Assembly: GCA_049968255.1 (NCBI GenBank)
Contig: JBMFRB010000005.1
Span: 5,822 to 69,821, forward strand
Origin: Candidatus Sumerlaeaceae bacterium
Lineage (GTDB): Bacteria > Sumerlaeota > Sumerlaeia > Sumerlaeales > Sumerlaeaceae
Direction: 5' to 3'
DNA: 64,000 bases
The position numbers and the translations under genes are program-made. Below, one piece after another: positions 9,106 through 19,097 of this stretch; within the stretch, counting starts at the first letter, position 1, and each line of letters opens with the position of its first letter. The notes under the pieces are model-generated. The model saw nothing but the letters and a program-made list of their open reading frames with translations, did not search any database and was not told the origin of the DNA.

Positions 9106-10338
9106 TCAACGCCGCATGTGCATCTCCGAGCGAGTCGGCTGCTTAGGGCTTTGCGAAACGTTTGTTTTCCGCAGGTGCTCAAGCATGGGCGCACCATGGG
9201 TCTTTACGGCAGCAAAGTAGTTTTTCCCCCAGTAAACTGACATAAAAATAGAGACCGCTAACATAACGGAAACGAACCACCATCTCCACCAGCGGGGAGT
9301 TGCAAGGACGACAAAAGGCCAGAGGGGGAGAAGATAGCGGTCAAAATAATCGACAAGATAGATTCGGTGTCCATAGTAAACAAGACTTTCCAAGCAAAGA
9401 TGGAAAGCGAGGAAAAGTGCGGAAAAAAACGTAATCGCCCGCAAGGTGGGCATTGGCTGTTTTAGGGATTGCCCTGAAAATTTTATAACTGCTAATCCTG
9501 TGACAGCCAAGCATGTCGCGACGTATAAGCCTCGGAAAAAGCCGCGAGCAAACAGTTCACGAAATCCTGCCAAAGGCCAAGAGAAACGTGGGCTGTGAAG
9601 TGAAGTTGCATGGGTTCCCCACAGAAGATAGCTGGCCAGAAGGATTGCCATAACGGGCAGTAGGGCGCAAGCGAGATGGCCGACACATGCAACAATTCGC
9701 CGGCGAGGAGGAAGACACGCTGTGGTCGTCCAGCACAGCCATGTCAGGGGCGGAAGAAGCAAGATCGCAGGGGATCGAACAGTGGCGGCCATGCCAGCGA
9801 CGAACCCTGCCCAAACATATCTACCGTGGTGCGCAAGCAAAAGGCTCGCCAGAATGAGGGTCACAAAGAATGGCTCACTGAGCGCGAACGCTGAATAGTA
9901 AAGCGCAGCCGGATAGGCGAGAACTGCAGCAGCGGCTAGCCTCAATGAATCTTGGGGCGACACACCGAGAAGCGCGACTGCAAGAAGCGAGGTTTGAATC
10001 ACAATGGCCGCGGTCAAAGCGAGCTGGAGAACGAGAGCGGCGAGCGGTAGCGATAGAAAACGTGCCGCAAACGCGAGCAGGAGGGGCCAACCAAGGTCGT
10101 GGCGGCGCGCTTCAAGCGGAATGCTGGTGGGGGTGCCCTTTGCCAAGTGCTCCGCCATGGTCAAATATTCGACACCGTCATGGCCGGCCAACACATTCTT
10201 CCAAGAAATCCCTGCCACCATCGCCAGCAAAAAAACGAGAGCAACGCGCACCAGCATCGCCGTGCCGGTGACGCCGACTAAGCGAAGTTGATAGTTCCTG
10301 TCTGCGGTGGCTACCATGAACTCATAAACACTTCTCAC
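9106..10338 (-). CDS. GT-C fold membrane glycosyltransferase-like protein
   Basis: About 10 TM segments, HDGVEY after TM1, GWPLLL, ALSEPFF, R.P and DRYLLP, typical of PMT/ArnT/PIG-V-like proteins. Start uncertain. Confidence 0.6.
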   Translation of the reverse strand: MRSVYEFMVATADRNYQLRLVGVTGTAMLVRVALVFLLAMVAGISWKNVLAGHDGVEYLTMAEHLAKGTPTSIPLEARRHDLGWPLLLAFAARFLSLPLAALVLQLALTAAIVIQTSLLAVALLGVSPQDSLRLAAAAVLAYPAALYYSAFALSEPFFVTLILASLLLAHHGRYVWAGFVAGMAATVRSPAILLLPPLTWLCWTTTACLPPRRRIVACVGHLACALLPVMAILLASYLLWGTHATSLHSPRFSWPLAGFRELFARGFFRGLYVATCLAVTGLAVIKFSGQSLKQPMPTLRAITFFSALFLAFHLCLESLVYYGHRIYLVDYFDRYLLPLWPFVVLATPRWWRWWFVSVMLAVSIFMSVYWGKNYFAAVKTHGAPMLEHLRKTNVSQSPKQPTRSEMHMRR

Positions 10339-10541
10339 CTACTATGAGCCTCGCGAAGCATGGCTTCGGATACGCAGTGAGCTCGCCGACGACATCGTGT
10401 CATGAACAACTGCTCGTTGGCCATGCCATTTGTCGTTGAGTGTGACAAGAAGCTTTATGAACACTCCGAGATTTACTCCCGGCGAATAACTCGCCAGGCA
10501 GGCACGTGCGTTGGTTAGCGTGCTGGGCGAAAGCTACGACC

Positions 10542-10586
10542 AGAAAAAGAAGCGCGGGGAGCCAGCCGGATCCCCGCGGTTTTTTG
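10542..10586. terminator. Bidirectional rho-independent terminator downstream of pilQ
   Basis: Stem CGCGGGGA/TCCCCGCG flanked by an A-rich run and TTTTTT. Confidence 0.7.
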
Positions 10587-10604
10587 CAACATCTGAACGA
10601 CCTT

Positions 10605-12551
10605 CTATTGTTCGTCGGTTTGCATTTTCTGCGTTGGCATGCGCACAGGTTCGGGTTTGAAGGAAAGAGGATCGCTGTTGATTTCTGCTCGGTGACGGCG
10701 CTCGCGCAGCTCGACCGAATCGTCGAAGAAGTAATCCGGGAGATCCCAGTGGGCATCGAGACGTGTATAATTGTAATTCTCAGCCGCGGTGAGCACAGGA
10801 GTCTTGATGATGTGCGGCGTGACGAAGAGCATGAGGTCATTTTTGAGGAAGCCACGCGATTGCCCCTTATAAAACCAACCAATAATTGGCACCTGCCCCA
10901 GCCATGGGACCTGCGAGCGTGCATCGGAGCTATCAATTTCGCGCAATCCACCGATGACGACGGTATCCTCGTCCTTCACGATGACGTTGGTGAGAGCTTC
11001 GCGCTTATCAATGATGGGGATATTCGAACCTGTTGTTGGGTTTTTGAACTCGCCGGCGAAGATTTCTTGTCGAGGCATGAGCTTCATGCGGATATAACCG
11101 TTATCGGTGATGTTGGGGGTGACCATGAGCTCGACGCCCGATTCCTTGAATTTCACGCTTGCGGCCACGGCCTGTTGCCCTACGCCCTGCTGAGCTTCGA
11201 TGTAGGGATTGTCGCGCTTGATATTGATCTGCGCAGTTTCGTTATCGAGTGTGATGACGCGAGGATTTGCCAGGATGTTTGCAATTCGCCGTGCCTCAAG
11301 CGCATCGAGAGTAGCCGCGACATCGAAATCCTTGCCGAGGATTGAGATCACCGTGCCAAAGCTCAAGCTAGGAGCTCCACCTCCGACAAGCAAGTTGCTT
11401 ACGAGCGTGTCCACTGGCTTTGCCGGCACCGTGACCTCTTCCGTGACGATTGTCGGTTTGCCGTCATCACCAATGACCACACGGCTCACTGTCTCTTTGT
11501 GTTCGGCGTTTGTTCCTAGCTGTCCTGTGACTTGACTGTTTCCGCTCTTGTCTACACGCTCCATGACAGTCTTCGAGCCAAGCTGACGGCCGTTGTTGAT
11601 GAGCAACTCGACCATTCGGGCCTCAATCATCACCTGTTTTTGCGGGACATCGAGTTGGGCCACAAGGTCGCGCATAAGGGCCACATTCGGTGGTGTGTCA
11701 GTGATAATGAGCGTGTTGGACTCTTTGTGCGCTTTGACCTCACCGACCTTAGTTCCCACGCCGGTTCCCATAATATCCGTCAGAGTATCAGCAATCGTTT
11801 GCGCGGGAACCCAGTTGACTTTGATGTAAATGGTTTTGGTCTCCACGACCGTCTGCTGGATATCCTTGCGAGGAACAATGCGGAAGACGTTGGCTCCTTC
11901 GCGGACAATCGCAAGATCATGGGCAGCGAGGAGACTCTGGAGAGCCACACCCAGCGGAACATCGCGGAGATTGAGCGTGACCCTCCCTTTGATCACACCT
12001 TCCGCGTAGACGAAGTTGATGCCTGCACGTTCCGCGAGCAAGCGAATAACCTGAGCTAGATCTTCATCTGCGCCAGTGGTGATCGTGACAAGCTGATCAA
12101 AAATGTCGTCACCAAGAATTCCTCGAAGTTCGCGATTTGCTTCATTCGCCCGTTCGTCGGTTGTTTTTTGAATGGTGGGAGGGACAAACGCAACGCCGCC
12201 CTCTGTGGCTTTGGCCCAGGGCGACGATTCAACCTGGTCCGATGTCGGCCAGGCATCATCGCCTGCTGGCTTAGCCTTTTTCTCGCCACTGAGTGGTTCA
12301 CGTTTGACTGGTGCCAGCTCAGCCGGCGGGATCATTTTTGTCGCGGTAGATTCTTCCACCTTCACGCTGGCGGACCGCGCCACGATCTCAACGTCGTCCT
12401 TGATTCCGCCTGCAGCCGATCTCTTGGCTGGCTGGCCCATGGCCACATCAGCGCCGCAGGTCACCAGTGTAGCGGTGGCGACGCAGACCGACACTTTTAC
12501 CCACACACCTTTACTCATTTTTTCCCTCACACCGTTTTTCGCCACTGACAT
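10605..12551 (-). CDS. pilQ: Type IV pilus / T2SS secretin (PilQ-like)
   Basis: STN/N0 region (GRVTLNLRDVP), N3 region (SNTLIITD...LDVPQKQVMIEARMVE), secretin core (ILANPRVITLDNETAQI, VPWLGQVPIIGWFY, LMLFVTPHII). Confidence 0.9.
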   Translation of the reverse strand: MSVAKNGVREKMSKGVWVKVSVCVATATLVTCGADVAMGQPAKRSAAGGIKDDVEIVARSASVKVEESTATKMIPPAELAPVKREPLSGEKKAKPAGDDAWPTSDQVESSPWAKATEGGVAFVPPTIQKTTDERANEANRELRGILGDDIFDQLVTITTGADEDLAQVIRLLAERAGINFVYAEGVIKGRVTLNLRDVPLGVALQSLLAAHDLAIVREGANVFRIVPRKDIQQTVVETKTIYIKVNWVPAQTIADTLTDIMGTGVGTKVGEVKAHKESNTLIITDTPPNVALMRDLVAQLDVPQKQVMIEARMVELLINNGRQLGSKTVMERVDKSGNSQVTGQLGTNAEHKETVSRVVIGDDGKPTIVTEEVTVPAKPVDTLVSNLLVGGGAPSLSFGTVISILGKDFDVAATLDALEARRIANILANPRVITLDNETAQINIKRDNPYIEAQQGVGQQAVAASVKFKESGVELMVTPNITDNGYIRMKLMPRQEIFAGEFKNPTTGSNIPIIDKREALTNVIVKDEDTVVIGGLREIDSSDARSQVPWLGQVPIIGWFYKGQSRGFLKNDLMLFVTPHIIKTPVLTAAENYNYTRLDAHWDLPDYFFDDSVELRERRHRAEINSDPLSFKPEPVRMPTQKMQTDEQ

Positions 12552-12556
12552 GTTTT

Positions 12557-13531
12557 TTACTCCGAACGTTTGATGGAGATGGTAAATTCCTTACGCTGGC
12601 CCATGGCTTCCACTTCGATCACAACGGCTCCCTCCATCACCTTGACCACGCGGTGATTCGAGAAACCACGAATGACATCTCCCGCCCGGTAAGCCCGCCC
12701 ATTGATCATGACGCGGCTTTGCTCAGGATTATTAGCGTCGACTAAGATGCTACCGACGCGCACATTCGGGTCAACCATAATTTGGATGGGGGCAGGCGTC
12801 GGAGTTGCGCGCACAGTCACGCGCTCCTTCGGCTGCGCAGTCTCTTCCTGAAGCTTCTGAAGCAGCTCTTGAGCCTGACGAGCGTAATCCGTATTCGGGA
12901 ATTCCGTGATAATCGCCAACAGAGCTTCTCGCCCTTGCTGGATTCTATTCTGAGCTAGCAGGGCAACCGCCTCGTCGAACCGCTCTTTGAGAACAACAGC
13001 ATTGCGAACCCAGGGGATAACCATCGGATCAGGCAGTGGTTTGTTATCATAGACCACCTGGTAAACGACTGTCGGTTTGTCGCCAAGCAGACGCCGAATC
13101 TCTTCCTGCCGGAATAATTCGCTGGGAGTTGTCTCATCCGTTTCCCGCGCCCCTTTTGGCAGGACCTTCGGTGGAGCGACGATGTTGAGTTTCTTCAAAA
13201 GTTCTGTGCCGCTTTTCACGTCAACGACTTCACTGGTGCTTTCATCGCCAACGAAGAGCTTGTCGCCCTGCACCTTGACAGCCGGTGTAGGCATGACCAC
13301 TTCGCCTGGGCCGATCGTCGGTTCTTCCGTTGTTTGCACTTTGGTTCCTGGCGGAGCCACGAGTTTCTCAGCTTCTTTGGCTGCTTCTTGGCTCGCTTCA
13401 GTCTGTGCCGTTGCGGTGGTCCCGTGGGCATCAGTTGTGGGCAACTGGGCATGCGCAGACGGACACGAAAACGTAAGCGCCGCCACCATTGTTAGTGCGA
13501 GTGTTGCTTTGGCAACACGCATAGGAATCAC
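12557..13531 (-). CDS. Secreted protein in the PilP position, with a TPR-like helix pair and a PilP/GspB-like C-terminal beta domain
   Basis: Lies between pilO and pilQ. Signal peptide AHA|Q, PDPM motif, C-terminal VMINGRAYRAGDVI...VVKV..GAVVI. Confidence 0.6.
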   Translation of the reverse strand: MIPMRVAKATLALTMVAALTFSCPSAHAQLPTTDAHGTTATAQTEASQEAAKEAEKLVAPPGTKVQTTEEPTIGPGEVVMPTPAVKVQGDKLFVGDESTSEVVDVKSGTELLKKLNIVAPPKVLPKGARETDETTPSELFRQEEIRRLLGDKPTVVYQVVYDNKPLPDPMVIPWVRNAVVLKERFDEAVALLAQNRIQQGREALLAIITEFPNTDYARQAQELLQKLQEETAQPKERVTVRATPTPAPIQIMVDPNVRVGSILVDANNPEQSRVMINGRAYRAGDVIRGFSNHRVVKVMEGAVVIEVEAMGQRKEFTISIKRSE

Positions 13532-14094
13532 CCTTTCCTCACGAACATAAAGGTGGCCACTTCAATCGTCACGGGGTGAATGCTTGGTCGGTCATCCTGA
13601 TTTTCTATCGTGAAGGTTTTCACCCGCATGAAGCGTTTAGGATTTTCTTCGATGAGATTAAGAAAGTGGCCAAAATCATGATAACGGGCTTTGCATTTGA
13701 TGCTATACGGGATCTCCGTATAGATCGAGTAGGAGTTATGCTTTTGCGGCACAAGCTCCGTGTACTCGATGTTTGTGGCGCGCAGAACATCGCGGAGAGC
13801 TTCAAAAAAGCCAGGAGCATCAGGCGAGTCGGGTAACTTTGCAGCAATTTTCTCAAGGAATTCTCGTTTAGCTTTGAGTTCCTCTGGGTTGCCGAGCTGC
13901 GCTTCAATGTCGCGCAACTGCTGATCAAGCTTCTTGATCTCGGAGTTGAGCTGAGCGATCTGCTTCTGCTTCTTTTCAATGTCGACTTTGACAAAGAAGG
14001 AATAATAGTAGAATGCACCTGCGAAGAGCAGAACCGCCAGTACAAACCCCGCTTTGATGATATCTTTCTGGCCGGGTGTGAGGCTACCCATCAT
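13528..14094 (-). CDS. pilO: Type IV pilus assembly protein PilO
   Basis: TM helix, coiled coil, KLP, YTEIPYSI...YHDFGHFLNLIE...R. Operon position fits. Confidence 0.88.
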   Translation of the reverse strand: MMGSLTPGQKDIIKAGFVLAVLLFAGAFYYYSFFVKVDIEKKQKQIAQLNSEIKKLDQQLRDIEAQLGNPEELKAKREFLEKIAAKLPDSPDAPGFFEALRDVLRATNIEYTELVPQKHNSYSIYTEIPYSIKCKARYHDFGHFLNLIEENPKRFMRVKTFTIENQDDRPSIHPVTIEVATFMFVRKG

Positions 14095-14897
14095 TTTTTG
14101 GTTCCTCCTGAGGCGGGAGCATTGGTCGCTGCAGGCTGGCGACTGGTCTGCGGCTCAGCGTTGACCACAAAACCAAATCGCATCACCTCGATGCCACCGA
14201 CGATTGCGACTTTTTGAGGCAATTGGGAGAATTCAGGATTTAAGCCATCGAGAAAACGAACGATAGTTGCGTTTTCGCGACGCCATTTGAGGTTTTTCAA
14301 AGCATTTTGAAAAGCGACCACATTGTTGAGCTTTTCCTGAGCATCCCGACCATAGGCAATAGCCTCAATCGTGAGCGACTGATTGATAATGGGACGCTTG
14401 ACCGGTGCGGGCTCGGGACCGGGCAGTTTTTTATCGCGGTGTTCCTGGCGTTTCTTCACAGATTCAGGGGTTTCGACTTCATCAACTTTCTCGGAGAGGT
14501 TGATTTTTGTTACATAGACCGCCAAGTCACGACGTGCCAGCGCTAGCATATTGAGTTTCTCAGACCAGTAGATGCGGTTTTCTGGGCTGAGAGCTCTGGC
14601 CACCTCGTAGCGGCGCTCAATATCTTCGAGCTCCGCAGATTTTTCGAGGAGCTCTTTTTTGCGACGATCCACTTCCTTTTGCTTCTTTTCCTTGCGGTTT
14701 TTCACTTCTTGGAAGGCGCGATTAGCCTTGGCACTTTCGCTATAAGCCCAGAAAAAGGCGAATGCCCCCACCACATAAAGAAGCACCAGTATCGCAGAGA
14801 AAACAAACATGGGATTGACGGCCAAACCTTTCGGTCCGGCTGCAGATCCCGGTGCTTTCTTCCCCGCTTCGCGTGGTAGCAGATTGATTTTTATCAT
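14091..14897 (-). CDS. pilN: Type IV pilus assembly protein PilN
   Basis: N-terminal MIKINLLP motif, TM helix, coiled coil. Confidence 0.85.
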   Translation of the reverse strand: MIKINLLPREAGKKAPGSAAGPKGLAVNPMFVFSAILVLLYVVGAFAFFWAYSESAKANRAFQEVKNRKEKKQKEVDRRKKELLEKSAELEDIERRYEVARALSPENRIYWSEKLNMLALARRDLAVYVTKINLSEKVDEVETPESVKKRQEHRDKKLPGPEPAPVKRPIINQSLTIEAIAYGRDAQEKLNNVVAFQNALKNLKWRRENATIVRFLDGLNPEFSQLPQKVAIVGGIEVMRFGFVVNAEPQTSRQPAATNAPASGGTKK

Positions 14898-14915
14898 GGG
14901 ACTTGCTACTCTCCC

Positions 14916-16070
14916 CTATTCATCGAAGACTCGTAATCCGAGGCCAACGGCTACTCCAAGGAGCCGGCGCACTTTCTCGACTTTTTGTTTGTCGAGTCCC
15001 GCCACGCCGATGCCTCGCAAGGGATCCATTTGCTCGACGGGGATGCCAAGCTCGTGCATGAGAAACTCGCACAAGTTCTTCGTCTGAGAACTGCCTCCGC
15101 CCACATAGAGTTTCTGGACCGACAATCCTGACTGATTTTCAAAGAACTGGAGTGAGCGCTTTACTTCTTGCGCCAGGTTCTGGAAGATTCGGCGAATGAC
15201 GGTGGAGGCGATAAACTCCGGCGTTTCCTCCGTGAGAGCCTCGCCAGTGATCTTCTCGACTGTGCCGCGGATGGTATCGAGCAGAGACGTGTCCGCTCCG
15301 AACTCGGTGTCAAGATCGTCGCTGACAGGCGCCGGAAGACCTTCTTTTATCTTTAGCTCCTCGGCGCGTTGAAAACTGCACCCCACGCGCTGTTGGATGC
15401 CCGTTGTCACTGTGTCGCCAGCGATGCTAATGTCACGCGAAAAGCGCGACCCTCCGGCGTGATAGATATTGATGCTAGAGATTTCCGACCCAATGTCAAG
15501 CAGCCCAACGACGTCGCTGGCGGGGGGCATGTAGTTGACTTCGAAACAGTTGAGGAAGGCAAACGAGTTAACATCTACAATAGCGGGCTGAAGTTCGAGC
15601 TCTTTAAGCATGGCAACATGGTCGGTGACGAGCTCTTTCTTTGCAGCCACAAGAAGAATGTCGATTTTGGTCTGGCCACTGACTTCCGAACGGCCCAGGA
15701 CGACCCAGTCGAGGTTCACCTCATCCAGCGGAAAAGGGATATAATCCTCTGCTTCCCAACGCACCGCACCCTCCAGCTCGTTTTCCGGCATGTCGGGAAG
15801 CTGAATGTAGCGGACCAGAATTGATTCGCCACTGACGGCGGAGACGGCAAATTTGGCCGATATGTCGCCCTCTGCGAGTGCCTGGCGGACCGCCTCAAGC
15901 TTGGCCGAGCGCCGATCCGCCGCAGTCATCTTTGCGTCGATGGTTGGATAAATCTCCGCGAATCCAAATTTTTCGAGTTCGTAAGCACGGCCAACTCTTC
16001 GCAGTTGAACGGCTTTAACCGTGCTGGAGCCAAGATCCAGCGCAACTGTCCTTTTGGGATTTAAGGCCAA
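14916..16070 (-). CDS. pilM: Type IV pilus assembly protein PilM
   Basis: Actin-like fold motifs ALDLGSSTVK, EAEDYIPFPLDEVNLD, LLVAAKK, LDIG, VGGGS, VAVGLGLR. Confidence 0.93.
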   Translation of the reverse strand: MALNPKRTVALDLGSSTVKAVQLRRVGRAYELEKFGFAEIYPTIDAKMTAADRRSAKLEAVRQALAEGDISAKFAVSAVSGESILVRYIQLPDMPENELEGAVRWEAEDYIPFPLDEVNLDWVVLGRSEVSGQTKIDILLVAAKKELVTDHVAMLKELELQPAIVDVNSFAFLNCFEVNYMPPASDVVGLLDIGSEISSINIYHAGGSRFSRDISIAGDTVTTGIQQRVGCSFQRAEELKIKEGLPAPVSDDLDTEFGADTSLLDTIRGTVEKITGEALTEETPEFIASTVIRRIFQNLAQEVKRSLQFFENQSGLSVQKLYVGGGSSQTKNLCEFLMHELGIPVEQMDPLRGIGVAGLDKQKVEKVRRLLGVAVGLGLRVFDE

Positions 16071-16401
16071 GGCTCGTCCTCCCGGAACGAGATCCGCACG
16101 GGCACGTTGGCCCGTAGCGTCCTTATAATGCAGACTCGCGAACCTTTGTCTGAACTCAAAACGTGTGTCATTCCGGCGGAGTTTTGCGCCACCATGGCCA
16201 TGCCATGCAAGCTAAAAAGATGCTAACGCGACGCAGCGGCACGCCTCTTATCCGACCGACTTGCTCTTGTTCGTCGTCGAGCTGGTCCGCACAGTGCGGC
16301 GACATTCTAAACTTTGATTCTGCTACGTCTGTTGCTGCGTGGCCGAGCTGGCCCATATCTTTTTCTTGCGCTCTTTGCCCACGCGCCAGTGTGATAAGAC
16401 C

Positions 16402-17634
16402 ATGAGCGGACAAATTTTTCCTACTGATGACGATCCTCTTTTTCTTCCGCAGGGTTTTCGCTGGGCTGCGGTGGAAGCGGGGATTCGCTATCAGGGACGG
16501 CCAGACGTTGCACTGATCGACGGCGGCGTGAACACCATTGCTGCGGCGATGTTCACACGAAATGGATTTGCTGCGGCGCCCGTGATCATTTCTAGGCAAG
16601 TGCTTGCCGAAACCGGCGGAATCATCCGCGGGGTTGTTGCCAACGCGGGCTGTGCCAATGCAGCAACGGGCGAAAGAGGACTGGAAGCGGCGCGCAAGAT
16701 GGCGGAGAAAGCGACCAAAGCCGTCGGAGCTAGGGGGTCAGCGAACTTTCTGGTTTGCTCAACCGGCACCATTGGGGTGCATCTCCCGATGGAGAAAGTC
16801 CTGCCTGCCATCGAAAAGGCGGCGGCTCAGCTTGGTTCGACCTCCGAAAATTTCCGCGCGGTGAGCCGAGCTATCCTGACCACTGACACGCGCCCCAAAT
16901 ATGCAAGTATAGAGGCTAAGAGTGGCGACAAAACATTCCGCATTGCGGGTTGCGCCAAGGGCTCGGGGATGATCTATCCTCGTATGGCGACGCTGTTGGC
17001 CTTCATCGCTACGGATGCCACAGTTAGGCCTGACATTCTTGAGCAATGCTTTAGAGAGGCTGTGGACAGAACCCTGAACTGCCTGACGGTTGACGGCGAT
17101 ACAAGCACCAACGACACCGCTATCATTCTGGCCAACGGCGCGAGCGGGGCAAAGATTGACCCCTCGAATCCTGAAGCTTTGGATACTTTTGCCGCAGCGC
17201 TTCGCACAGTACTAGAAAGCCTGACACTGCAGCTTGCCCGTGATGGCGAAGGGGCTACGAAGCTAATCGAAGTAGAAGTCAATAACGCACGCAACTTTTC
17301 CGAGGCAAAGCGTGTCGCTCTCGCTGTCGCGAATTCTAATCTTGTGAAAACAGCGATCCACGGCTGCGATGCGAACTGGGGCCGCATTGCGTGCGCTGTC
17401 GGTAACTCGGGCGTCGAAATTGTGCCCGAGCGTGTGGAGATCGCGATTGGCGATCTGCTGCTATTCGCCGGCGGTGCGCCCTTGCGTTTCTCAGAAGAAC
17501 GGGCGTTGGAGATTTTGCGTGAAGAGACCGTCCGGATTCGGGTTTCGCTCGGCTTGGGAGAAGCAAGCGCCAAGGCCTGGACGTGTGACCTTACGGCAAA
17601 GTACATTGAGATCAACGGAGCATACAGGACCTGA
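16402..17634 (+). CDS. argJ: Bifunctional ornithine acetyltransferase / N-acetylglutamate synthase
   Basis: Motifs NAGCANAATG, STGTIG, TTDT, AKGSGMIYPRMAT, VDGDTSTND, DGEGATK, WTCDLT, NGAYRT. Confidence 0.96.
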   Translation: MSGQIFPTDDDPLFLPQGFRWAAVEAGIRYQGRPDVALIDGGVNTIAAAMFTRNGFAAAPVIISRQVLAETGGIIRGVVANAGCANAATGERGLEAARKMAEKATKAVGARGSANFLVCSTGTIGVHLPMEKVLPAIEKAAAQLGSTSENFRAVSRAILTTDTRPKYASIEAKSGDKTFRIAGCAKGSGMIYPRMATLLAFIATDATVRPDILEQCFREAVDRTLNCLTVDGDTSTNDTAIILANGASGAKIDPSNPEALDTFAAALRTVLESLTLQLARDGEGATKLIEVEVNNARNFSEAKRVALAVANSNLVKTAIHGCDANWGRIACAVGNSGVEIVPERVEIAIGDLLLFAGGAPLRFSEERALEILREETVRIRVSLGLGEASAKAWTCDLTAKYIEINGAYRT

Positions 17635-17639
17635 AGGAA

Positions 17640-19049
17640 GTGGCCTCATCCGCCTACAGTTCTTTGACGCCGGCCCGTGCGCAGGGCCGGCGTGTGCTGG
17701 TCATTACGCCTGAGCCTTTGCCTTTGCCCGGTCAAGCGACAACGGGCGCGGGCTTGCGGGCATGGGGACTTACGATGGGGCTGCGCATGCGCGGATTCGA
17801 CGCGATCGTCGCTTCATGTAATGTCGCATTTTCCGACACCTATCTGACGGGTCAGCAACCACTTCCTGGTCACGTGCGCATGTTCCAGCGCAACCGCGCG
17901 GATGTGTTGCTGGAGGAAGTGAAACCGCAAGTGGTCGTGCTGCAACATTGGGGGATGGCTCACGAGCTCCCCGATATAAATGTCCCTCTGGCCATAGACC
18001 TGGCCGGCCCCCACCTGCTCGAGCGACTCTACTGGGGAAGCCCCGATATTATCGCTGACGCCGAAGCGAAGCTTGCCGCGCTTCGTCGCGCGGATTTCGT
18101 CGTGTGCAGTGGCGAATATCAGCGCCACTACTTTTACGCGTGGCTGGCGATGGCCGGTTTCGACCTACGTAAAACCGAGGTCCCTGTGATCCCATTTTCC
18201 GTGCCGCCGGTCGAGCAGCTCCCAGGCGATACAAGCCGCGAGCCTTATTCGATGGTCTACGGTGGGATGCTTCTCGCGTGGCAGGACCCATCACGCGCTT
18301 TGCGGGTCGTGCTTGAGGAGATGGAGCGAGCCGGACGGGGACGGCTCCACGTCTACACAGGCACGCATCCGGTGCTAGACGCTTCGGGCGACCATTTGGC
18401 ATCCTTGATGACAGAACTGCGCAACCATCCTCGCGTGGAACTTCATGGAATCCAGCCGTTCGACAAGCTTTTGCAGGAGTACGCGCGCTATGAAGTGGCA
18501 CTGGACCTCATGGCGCGAAATCCTGAGCGTGAGCTGGCATTTACGACGCGCACCATGATCTATTTGGCCTGTGGCCTGCCCGTGATTCACAACGATTATT
18601 CGGAGCTAGCTGGACTCGTGCGGCGGTATGGCGGCGGCTGGACCCTCTCGCCGGATGACGAGGGGGGGCTAAGAAATCTCTGCCGCATGCTCTTAGGCGA
18701 AAGTCGGCAATTGGAATCCGTGAGAGCTCAAGCGCGAGCATTAGCGGAACAGTTTACGTGGGATAAGACCATCGAACCGCTGGCGAGTTTTTGCCAAGCT
18801 CCAGCACTTCGTGCAGATAAACGGACGACACTTTTACGGGTCGAAACGTTAACCGCTGAGCTTCAGCATGAGCGCGAAAAGCGGATCGCGGTCGAGCAAG
18901 AACTCGCTGCATTGCGGGGAAAGCTCTTCGTGCGCCTTGCTGTGACATTGTCAGGACTCAAGAGGCACATGGCGCCATTGGTGTGGTTTGCCGCGTGGCC
19001 AATTGCCCGTGGCATCGAATGGATTCTACGGCGCCAATCCGCACGATGA
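17640..19049 (+). CDS. GT-B (GT4-like) glycosyltransferase
   Basis: GAGLRAW, ADFVVCSGEYQR, YGG...WQDP, FTTRTMIYLACGLPVI, FTWDKTIEPL, plus a C-terminal coiled coil. Confidence 0.75.
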   Translation: MASSAYSSLTPARAQGRRVLVITPEPLPLPGQATTGAGLRAWGLTMGLRMRGFDAIVASCNVAFSDTYLTGQQPLPGHVRMFQRNRADVLLEEVKPQVVVLQHWGMAHELPDINVPLAIDLAGPHLLERLYWGSPDIIADAEAKLAALRRADFVVCSGEYQRHYFYAWLAMAGFDLRKTEVPVIPFSVPPVEQLPGDTSREPYSMVYGGMLLAWQDPSRALRVVLEEMERAGRGRLHVYTGTHPVLDASGDHLASLMTELRNHPRVELHGIQPFDKLLQEYARYEVALDLMARNPERELAFTTRTMIYLACGLPVIHNDYSELAGLVRRYGGGWTLSPDDEGGLRNLCRMLLGESRQLESVRAQARALAEQFTWDKTIEPLASFCQAPALRADKRTTLLRVETLTAELQHEREKRIAVEQELAALRGKLFVRLAVTLSGLKRHMAPLVWFAAWPIARGIEWILRRQSAR

Positions 19050-19097
19050 TAATTCCCCTTCTCTCTTGAAAACAGCTAGAGGGGACCGCATTGTGCA

